Assembly (NCBI RefSeq): GCF_001194135.2
Contig: NC_068988.1
Location: 89,680,162 to 89,728,230, forward strand
Direction: 5' to 3'
Source of the DNA: Octopus bimaculoides
Lineage: Eukaryota
DNA length: 48,069 nt
Below are positions 26,507 through 36,770 of this stretch, one piece after another. Position 1 is the first letter of the stretch, and each line of letters begins with the position of its first letter. The notes beneath the pieces were generated by a model. It did no database searches. It was not told the origin of the DNA and was given only the letters and a program-made list of their open reading frames with translations. The translations under genes and the position numbers were made by a program.

Positions 26507-27433
26507 ATGTAGTACTTTGTATTACAAATTTTGTATATAAGGTTTGTATTACTTTCCTTCGTATGTAGAAGGAAAGTAATGAGAACTTCACTTGGTCAGT
26601 CAAAATGCTACTATTAATAGTAATTCTAGCATATTATTATACGAACGAACGGTATATGCTAAAATATAGTTCATGACAAATCATCTTTACTCTTGATCAA
26701 GAAAAGAATCCAATAGGATTATAACAGATATATCGTATTTGCTTTAGCGTCTGCTGCTTAATGACTGGAAGAACTGCCATGTGGGAATAAATTGTATTTG
26801 ATACATGTTATATTGACTTCAGTAATTTTTACAAAGTTTATGCTTTTAGCGGTTTATTTAGTTAGTTCCATATTTATTTTCCGTATTTTCCTGAAAACTC
26901 CTACCAATTGCTTTGGAACAGTAAATATCCAGAAAGCTCTTTTCATCATTTGTAATATTTCATAGTTTTACATTCAGAATGCAGTGGTGTGTTTCGTTAT
27001 CGCTAAATCACAAGCAGCACCAGTGTAACTCGAATAGACAAACATGAACGTCAATGTAATTTCATTGAATTCTGAAATAATTCAGTAAATAAGTTGGATA
27101 CCATGTGAAATAAAATTTATATCGTGCTGAAAGTTATTAAAGGGGATAACATAGCTTCTGAAGCTTTAGTTTCTGTTTCTATCAATCTTACTCGTGCATA
27201 CGTATACACATACGTACGTNNNNNNNNNNNNNNNNNNNNNNNNNNNNNNNNNNNNNNNNNNNNNNNNNNNNNNNNNNNNNNNNNNNNNNNNNNNNNNNNN
27301 NNNNNNNNNNNNNNNNNNNNNNNNNNNNNNNNNNNNNNNNNNNNNNNNNNNNNNNNNNNNNNNNNNNNNNNNNNNNNNNNNNNNNNNNNNNNNNNNNNNN
27401 NNNNNNNNNNNNNNNNNNNNNNNNNNNNNNNNN

Positions 27434-27466
<33 letters not shown>

Positions 27467-28005
27467 TTACATATAAATATATGCCTAAACTGGCATATAT
27501 TTGTACGTGTATATATATTCATGCATACATACATACATACATACATACATACATGCGTACGTACGTACCTACATACACAAGATTAGTAGAACAACAGAAG
27601 AGACAGAATTACGAACATTATGACTATAATACTTGTAATTGGCAGACGCTTGCCAAGGTAATTAAAAGGCCGAGAGTTTCACATACGACTATTGTCAACA
27701 CAAAGCTTTCAATTTTTGCATTACTTGTCTAAATATTTGCCAATTTAAGATTTTAAAAATATGTACATATATAGGTTAGCCAAAAGTCATCTGACAGTAG
27801 ATAAAAGCCATTTAATTCCAAGATTAAAAATAAATCAAAAATTATTTTATCTGAGACTTCGCTAATAAATATACAGATGTTCAAAAAAAAAAACAACTCA
27901 CAGCAATGAATTATTAAACATTCATCATTGGAATGAATAAATAAAATTTGATATCAAGTGTTTATGGAATGTTGATTTACTGTCTAGTGACTTTTGGCCA
28001 AGACT

Positions 28006-28038
<33 letters not shown>

Positions 28039-28155
28039 TATGTGTGAGTGTATAGATGTATATGTATATGTATATATATATATATGTATATGTATATACA
28101 TATATATGTAATATNNNNNNNNNNTATATGTAATATATATATATGCTTATGTATG

Positions 28156-28211
<56 letters not shown>

Positions 28212-28869
28212 AGATAGATAGATAGATATACGAGCGTGTCTTAGTGTGTGTGCGTGCGCGTCTGTATGTGATAAATAGAAATGCAGTTAACGTGTCATTT
28301 TTTATTGCAAACGCTCACAGAACTAAAGATACAAACCTACTGTGTTGCATCACACACATCCCATGAATGGAAAGAGTCGAAAAATCCAAAAACCCAAGAA
28401 AAATTATTTGTTAGAAATATCAACAACAACTAAAACAAAAACAACAGTGACAATGAGAACGACTATAGAAACGAAATATATAAAGAAATAATTATATGAA
28501 TAAATATATAAGATATATCACTGAAGGAAGTAAATAAACAGTTAAATTTCTTGTCATTTCCGTTGTAATATATTATGTGACTTATTAGCAAATAATGTGT
28601 GCAATGATGTGTATATAGTTTCTCAACTTGTCGTGTTGGCATCTGCCAAATATTGACATATTTGTTAGGTTGTCTTTTGTTTTTCAATTAAACATTGTTG
28701 TAGCCTATACATACTCTATACAGACACTCATACGTATACTCGCATGGAGAAGCAAGTTCACACATGAATTCAAATATATATTTATATGCACGTCTGCGTA
28801 TGTGTGTATTCTTGTATATATACATGTGTACATATATATATATATATGTATAATTGTGTACACACGCAC

Positions 28870-28925
<56 letters not shown>

Positions 28926-29852
28926 TTAAGTTTCAGTTCAATTAGGAATTTACGTTGAAGCAACAGTTCGAAGTAAGATGAATAAAATCAAAATATGCAA
29001 CTGGAAATGAAGTAGTAATGCAGTACGACCTGGAATTTTAACAATTAGGACACATGAATATAATTTTTCTTAAATATTTTAAGAGTGAGAAATGGAAGAA
29101 AATCATACTGTCGGTATTGTAGCTAAGAATAGACTACAACTTCTACAAATCGCATGGTGCATATGACCGCATGCAACTTCTAAGAATCGCATGTGGTCAT
29201 AGGGTTTGTAATGGTTGTAATTCACTTCTAATTCATTTATCAGCTACTAAATCTGAGACTAGAAAACTGTGTCTATTTTGAATAAGTTGACAGCTCCTGG
29301 CTAGATATGGTCATGAATATCATCATATTAATCCCTTTTCTCCAGGAAGGAAATACAATATTAAGAGTAGTCAGTTGGATATAAGTAACTGTCTATAAAA
29401 AGAGGCAGGGCTGCGGTAGACTTTAAATCATGATGTTAATTACCAGTTAAACGAGCAAGACACTAAGAAACCTAAGATGTTAATAGAGTGGAAATTATAT
29501 TTAGGGGCGCTAAGGGGGAATGTTTATAAACAATATTGTTATGTTGTATAAAAATCAAAATTTACACACACACATATATATACATATATATACATATATA
29601 NNNNNNNNNNNNNNNNNNNNNNNNNNNNNNNNNNNNNNNNNNNNNNNNNNNNNNNNNNNNNNNNNNNNNNNNNNNNNNNNNNNNNNNNNNNNNNNNNNNN
29701 NNNNNNNNNNNNNNNNNNNNNNNNNNNNNNNNNNNNNNNNNNNNNNNNNNNNNNNNNNNNNNNNNNNNNNNNNNNNNNNNNNNNNNNNNNNNNNNNNNNN
29801 NNNNNNNNNNNNNNNNNNNNNNNNNNNNNNNNNNNNNNNNNNNNNNNNNNNN

Positions 29853-29891
<39 letters not shown>

Positions 29892-29892
29892 G

Positions 29893-30085
29893 CATGGCAG
29901 TTTGCTTCCTAATGCTAACACATCAGGCTCAGAGGCTCAGTCTCTCGGTATTTCACTTTGCGAAACTTGTCTTCTACCATAGACACGTGCCGAGTACAAT
30001 GACGTGCAGTTATTGCTACTACTCGCTGGGCAACTGTTTTGCAATACATTCAGTGAATTTGCTGGACCGAAACTGCTGTCGTATT
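29893..30085 (+). mobile_element. SINE family C, 5' portion, heavily degenerate
   Basis: gtttgcttcc...ctttgcgaaacttgtcttctaccatagacacgtgccga...gtgaatttgctggaccgaaactg..gtcgtat matches the remembered octopus SINE head. Confidence 0.45.
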
Positions 30086-30534
30086 ATATATAATATATAA
30101 TAATTTTATTCCAAGTCATCACTTCTCTATTCCTTTACTCTTTATCACTCTTCCACTTCTTTTATACTGATTCTTGTTGCCTCTCTTCATTCTGTTTCCT
30201 ATGTCTGCACCATTTCTTCAGTATTCTGCTCGGTTATAACCAGAAGTGACCCTAACGCAAGTCGAATAAATATTTGAGGTCGTTCAACTTTTCTCACTCG
30301 CGCAAAGTAACGATTGAGTAACCTATCAATAGAGAACCTATAATAACTACTGGAAACAGCTGTAAGCCAAATTTACTTCAATAATGAAAAAATGCAATTA
30401 CCATTATTTATGCCTTCTGTTTATATCACTGTGTAAAAACGAACATAACTGGAACATAACCATTGCGTTACAGTATAGAATGGCAATAAACTATAACCTC
30501 AGACGCTATTAATTGAATGTAAACTCTAACTTCG

Positions 30535-31420
30535 AAGCATTTGACATTCAGTGAGAAGAGGAAAGCAAAGGACATTATGCTAGCCCTTTATTTTGTGGGT
30601 TTATGTCCTGGTATATAGGAAATGCGGTCCTTAACCATGCTGGCTGCCAAAGCCTCGTTGCAATAGGGAACTGCAGTGTAGAAAATGGCATTATTCGAGG
30701 ACATTTTCGATATCCTCTTATTAACATCCTTCACCATGTTTTTAAACGCAATAGGTGGTTGACAAGAGGCTCCTTTAATATATATGACAAACCTTCATTT
30801 GGTTTGAGATAGGAACTGTGTAAACATGTAACCAAAATGTTTATAACATCTAAAAATTTAACTATGGTAAGGTTGATTTCAATTATAACCTTAAGGCCGG
30901 GGAACGTAAGTGTGTTAGTAACGTCCTCCCTAAGTCTTTTGAAGGTGTGTCCATTTACGCCTCAGGTGAAGGCTAAAATTTCATCTCAATTGACCAAAAT
31001 AGACTGACAGAAAATACTTCGTTAAAGTATCTAGTGTATACAATCCTATGAGATCGCGCATATCCATGTTGTCGAATGTCCCCATCGTTATGCCGTAGAA
31101 GTCTACTGGGTCAGTTTGTTTGAACCAGGCCGAACATTTGTTGAAGAACGGGGTTTTCCCGATATTCATTAATACAGCTATATCCCTCTCGCTAACATAA
31201 ATAAATTCCTTAGCGAACATTAGCGTCCTAACTGGTTACCCTTTCTATATAGACAGATGAAAATGCACTATATCGAATTGGGTGAACAGGTGCCCTACCT
31301 CAACCCTGGATTGTCTTAAACAACGTATATACGTTTGGAGTGCTCAAGGGTATTGATTCTAGGTGGGACCCTTTTGGATCTGATATTGCAATTGCTGACC
31401 TAGGGTGGTATAGCTTGGTC
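30535..31420 (-). mobile_element. Penelope-like element (PLE) reverse transcriptase fragment, decayed
   Basis: Minus-strand peptides FTQFDIVHFHLSI, FAKEFIYVSERDIAVLMNIGKTPFFNKCSAWFKQ..FYGITMGTFDNMDMRDLIGLY, GLKVIIEINLTIVKFLDV..YLKPN..LSYI and CQPPIAFKNMVKDVNKRISKMSSN..IF..AVPYCNEAL. These are typical PLE motifs (FD..MGS.DGAE..ELVGLY; SNHPP..IK.IP..I..RIS). Confidence 0.88.
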
Positions 31421-32084
31421 ATAGAAATATGCCTTCCATCACATGCTACTCATTAAGTCCATGACCCTCTCGAATATCTTCATGGAATCCTACCCTAGAG
31501 TTCGTTTGATGACGTGGAAATAGAGTAGCTAACATCGTATAATTCCAAGTCAGTAAAGAAAGTATCTTTTCTGACTATGTATATGCACACAGCAGACAGA
31601 GCAGCTGTAAATCACAAATCACGTGGTGGCTTATTGCTATACAAATCTTCGACCAGGGTGCGTGGAAAATTGACCAGTTGTCCATGAATCCCCCAAAAAA
31701 AACGTTCTCAAAAATTTTTGGAAATATCTTATGTAGTCGTTAGTTATAGCCGGTAAGAAAAAGACCATTGGTTTCACGTCTATTATTGCACTTGGAAATG
31801 TGGGCGACGCATGACCCCTGCTGCTCGGAAGCAAATAACCGCTTGGTTATCTTGTTGGTAAAATAATATAAAAGTAAAAACCGCTGAGAATATCCTACAA
31901 TGAAACTTTTCTGGGAGAGACGGAGTTACCTCCCATTGAACGACATCTACCTTCTATCCTACTATGTCTTACTAAAATATGCATGTACCACGTAAGTTTT
32001 CAATTATTTTATGCTGAAACGTTAGGTTTGTGTGCATATGTGTGAGTATGTAACATAGACACACACACTCACACATAGCTTCTG

Positions 32085-32490
32085 GTACGTCTTTCGTTGT
32101 CGATGATGATCGAGGATATCACGGGGTTGAAGAAGATCTGTCACGCTATGTTCGCCTATGACTGTTCAATCCGATGCGTGCTAGGAAGGCTTTGACATAG
32201 TTCGGGCACAAGTGATCTGTTAGGATTGAAGACAAAGAGTTAGCTTTGCTCTTGCAGAGTTCGCATTTTCTTCGAGCTCAACGAGGCTTTGAGCGTATCC
32301 TTAAAGCGCTTTTTTTATTCACCTTACGTGCGCTTGCCTCTTGCCTGTTCGCTGTAAAACCATCTCGTAGGGAGGAGTGAGTCTAGCATTCGAACAAGGT
32401 GGCCTACTCACCTAACTTGCGCTCTCCTCAGCAGTGTGTCAATGCTTGGCAGATTAGCCTGAGAGGAAGCCTCCTGCGTCAGGGCGCTAT
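32085..32490 (-). mobile_element. RTE-clade LINE 3' end
   Basis: Minus-strand peptides LPSIDTLLRRAQVR*VGHLVRM, FYSEQARGKRT*GE*KKRFKDTLKASL and CPNYVKAFLARIGLNSHRRT. Confidence 0.88.
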
Positions 32491-32679
32491 TGCTACTACC
32501 CACTTAAGACTCAACTTAAGTGGGTGAGAGAATTTGTGATGGGGCCTGACAGATGCGCACTCAGCATAAACAAACACACACTCACACATTCACACACACA
32601 ACCCCCGACACTTTACACACTTTGTAACTGATCATGTGTTGGCAACAATAGCGATATATACAGTATAACAACATCGAAT

Positions 32680-33240
32680 AAAGGATAAATATGTTAGTGT
32701 AGGAACAACTTGAAAACATTTTACTAGCAAAACATATTTTTTCAAAATACACACGACACTCAAACAGTATACTGAATATCGAATGAATGAGCATCAAACA
32801 TTTTTATTAGAATATTAGTTATGCCTATGCAAAATATCGAACATCGAATTTTGCATTACTACAAAAATTAATTAAAATGCTCAAATATCTTAATAGCAAA
32901 ACTTAATTTGTATTAAGATACTCACCATGCTCTTGCAGTATATCGAACATCCAATGAAGAATCTTGCATTCTTATAGAATTATAAATACTCAGATATATT
33001 TATTAAAATACTCACAATATATATATATGCAATATATCGAACATCGAATGCTACATTATTGCAAAAATTGTTTAAAATGATCAAATAGTTTAATAGCAAA
33101 ACATATCTTTTATAAAAATACTCACCATGTTCATCGAATGAATAGTACATATTGCTTATAGTAGTAACTTGAAAAGATGCTCAAACATTTTGAAAGCAAC
33201 ATACTATAAATCTTTATTAGAATACTCAGTATGTCTATAG
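32680..33240. repeat. Degenerate ~170-200 bp tandem repeat
   Basis: Recurring motifs atatcgaacatcgaat, tagcaaaac (32725, 32894, 33094) and atactcaccatg. Confidence 0.65.
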
Positions 33241-33917
33241 TTATATTCTGTTAACCTATGCATGAATTATAAGTTAAGTGACAATTATTTCTTTTTCAGC
33301 ATTTTCGGTAGTTATTTAACGTTATTATTATTTCTCTTTACTGACACAATTATTTTCTACGGAAATGTATGAAGACTGAAGTATGCTTGTGGTTGGGATG
33401 TCCCCACCCCAAGGTTTCCTGTACTGGAATCGACCGCTGGAAAGTTCAGTCGGTTACAGTGACAGTACCCTACAAATTGTAACTATGTTATGTAACCAAC
33501 CAGCATGTTATATTGGCAGTCTAACTTAAGGATGCATAAAACATCTCCAAAAACACTGACTATAACGTAAAGATGACTTTCATTTCACACTAGTCTTCAA
33601 CTGCTTGGGTAAGACCCCTGGCGCACACATTCTCTAGCTTCTAATCAGCGAGAAAAGTTGAAAGAGACTAAAACTCTTTAAAAACCAAAATCCCCGATAA
33701 GCGGTGTTGATATTATGACGCAATAATCACAAAACAGTGAAACGTTTACTGATTTGGACATGACGAAAGATGTCTAAATCTCACATACACAAATACACAC
33801 TCACGCATGAGCACACACGCTCAGAGATATGCCCAAACTAACGCTCTGCATACATGTGATACACACAGACACACACACAGAAGCACACACACCGTTCATG
33901 TACACACGCACGCACAC

Positions 33918-33952
<35 letters not shown>

Positions 33953-33987
33953 TCGCTGTATATATATATAAATATGTATATATATAC

Positions 33988-34034
<47 letters not shown>

Positions 34035-34416
34035 NNNNNNNNNNNNNNNNNNNNNNNNNNNNNNNNNNNNNNNNNNNNNNNNNNNNNNNNNNNNNNNNNN
34101 NNNNNNNNNNNNNNNNNNNNNNNNNNNNNNNNNNNNNNNNNNNNNNNNNNNNNNNNNNNNNNNNNNNNNNNNNNNNNNNNNNNNNNNNNNNNNNNNNNNN
34201 NNNNNNNNNNNNNNNNNNNNNNNNGTGTGTGTGTGTGTGTACATGTATGGGTACAGGACGTCACCAACAGTAAACAAAATAAAATACACTAACAAATGAC
34301 TTCATACGCAAATAACCAAACAAATGGAAAACAGGAAGTAACATAAAGAACGACCCTTCATCAGTAGTCCAGTTGTCGGCTGTGTATTTCTTCCTATATA
34401 TATATATGTATGTTTA

Positions 34417-36770
34417 GTGTCATCCCATTTTTTTTTATACTTCTTTTATTTTTCAAATTTAATATAAGTTCTTTTTTAATCTAAGATATACTCTCCTTCA
34501 TTTTCTGCAATGCTCTTTCGTCTTTCTGGTAGACCTCTTAGGTCCATCTTCCAAAATTCACTTGTATTTGACCAAAAATAATCATCCAGTACTGTTCTCA
34601 CCTCAAGCCTGCAGATTGAATGATAATCGGATGGGGCGATGTCCGGCGAATTAGGTGGGTGGGGAATTGGTCCCTATTCAAATTGCTCTAGCCTTTGAAA
34701 TGTCATCCTCGATATACAGGGGCTGCACAAAATAATGGAAACACCTTAAAATTTCAAACAAATTTATTTTAATACGGGGTAGGACCGCCTTTGGCCGTAA
34801 TTACAGCTTGAAATCTATGAGGTATCGACTCGTACACAGTTTGAATTGTTTCCAAAGGAATTTTTGTTCATTCTTCAGCTAAAACAGTCTCCAGTTCTTC
34901 TAGTGATGATGATGGAGGATATCGACTCCTTACTTGTTTTTCTAAAATGCACCATAAATGTTCAATAATATTGCGATTTGTGGTCTGTGGTGGCCAGATA
35001 AAATATTCATCTTCGCGAGAATGTTCCTCGTGCCATTCAGTAACAACTTTAGCTGTGTGTGTTGGTACATTATCATCCTGAAAGATTATGTTTCCCTCCG
35101 CAAACATAGGATGAATTTGATCAGATAAAATGCTTAAATAGCTGTCTATTAATTCTGCCATGAAGGGAAACCATTGGGCCGGCGGGTTTCCAAGATATAG
35201 CTCCGCAGATCATCACAGATCCTTCTCTATGTTTAAAAGTAAAGTTGGAAGAAGGCAGAAGAGGTCTGGATTAAATGCTTCTTTTGGCTGTCTCCACACG
35301 TATATTCGGCCGGTGGTCGGAAATAATCTTAAGTATTACTCATCCGAGAAAATAACATTCTTCCACTGCTATAGGGAGCAATTCAGTAGGTATTTACGTC
35401 ACTCTAAACGCATTACAACGTTTGCTTTTGAAAGTAGTGGTTTTCTGATTGCAGCCCACCCGTAAAATCCGGCTTTGTGCAACTCTCGAGGAACAGTTTT
35501 TGTGGAAACTGGGTTCTCTAGTTGGTCAGTAAGCTCTGCAATAATTTTCGGAGCTGTACTTTTGTGATCCTTTCTAACAATTTGCGTAAGAGTACGACGA
35601 TCCCTATCTGAATGTTTTACTTTTCTTCCGGAGATTTGTTTCGACGAGGACGATTTTCCCTTTTTTCTCAAAAGCTGTCATGACTTTCGAGACAGTACTT
35701 CTTGATACACCAAACATTTCGGCTGTTTTCCTTACGCTAGCGCTTGCCATACGAGCACCAAGAATTTGACCTCTATGAAATTCCGATACATCTGTCGTTC
35801 TAATGACTTTTAATTACCTTTTTGTGATGATATCTGAAAAGAAACAGCAATCTTAGCAAAACATATTAAGCAACACTAATAATAAATCAAAAGAACATAA
35901 AAATAAAGAAGCTTCTGACGGTTTTATAGATATTTTAAAATGTGATGCTACGATGCTAGGTGTTTCCATTATGTTGTCCAACCCCTGATTTATCCTGTTG
36001 GAAGAATATCTTTCGTCTTGAAACCAAAGATGGTCGTTTTTCTTCTAGCGCTGACTTAAGCCAATCGGCCTCTCGCTGTAGTTCCCCTTTGTTATCGTTT
36101 GGTCTCAGTTTGACAGTTTAAAGTGAACTAAACCTTCATATTCCACCAAACAGATAACAACACATTACGTGGGTGAAGACCGTCTGTAGCTTGGGGTGCT
36201 GGTGGTTTTTCATTCCCTACCCACAGACTTTGCAACTTGACATTTTTCCAGAGTACCCATTTCTCGTCACCAGTCACTATTCGGTCTAAAAAAAGGTTCA
36301 TTCGTGAGATGTGACAGGAAAGAAGTACACACTTTCACACGCTGCGCGCAAGTAGTCTCGGAAGGTTTGTGCGAAATCCAGTGACCGAATTTGCTGAATA
36401 TTCTGATGGCACGCATGTGTCGATGAGTGGTTGAATGACAAGATCCAAGCTTTTCTGCTAGTTCCTCAACCGTTACGATGGGATTTGTTCTTTTACTAGT
36501 GTTTGCAGGACGTCCTCGTGGTACTCTACAGAGCTTACAGTACGAGGCTCGTCTTCTAGGCTGTAGTTTCCGGCAGTTAATTTTTGGAACCACCGTTGAC
36601 ACTGGATTGCGCTTATTCTCCGATCCCCAAATACTACATTAACATTCCTCGCACTTTCCGTTGCGCTGTTGCCTTCATTAAACTCATAAAGCAAAAAATA
36701 TGCCGAATATGCTCCTTTGTCACCTCCAGTATAGTTTGAAAAAAATATCTTGTACTTTTCTGAAATGGAT
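34417..36770 (-). mobile_element. Mariner transposon (same family as 21029-21947), split by a nested Tc1-like element
   Basis: Minus strand: GAYSAYFLLYEFNEGNSATESARN...LEDEPR, VTGDEKW-like motif, KRPSLVSRRKIFFQQD, then the insertion, then SRMTFQRLEQFE*GPIPHPPNSPDIAPSDYH...NEGEYILD*. TIR remnant TA|GTGTCATCCCAT at 34415-34428. Confidence 0.9.
34717..35987 (-). mobile_element. Full-length Tc1-like element with DD36E transposase pseudogene (Incomer-like)
   Basis: 30-bp TIRs CAGGGGCTGCACAAAATAATGGAAACACCT and (reverse complement) CAGGGGTTGGACAACATAATGGAAACACCT; 1271 bp. Peptides SGRKVKHSDRDRRTL..., VIFSDE, FQDDN...W..NIIEHLW, AKGGPTPY. Stops and frameshifts present. Confidence 0.93.

Noticed and set aside
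27580-27658. Candidate exon LVEQQKRQNYEHYDYNTCNWQTLAK with an AAG|gtaatt donor
   Set aside because: The acceptor lies in a microsatellite with no pyrimidine tract, and there is no homology.
34340-34375. Second hammerhead (minus strand CTGATGAAGGGTCGTTCTT)
   Set aside because: No GAAA core follows stem II.
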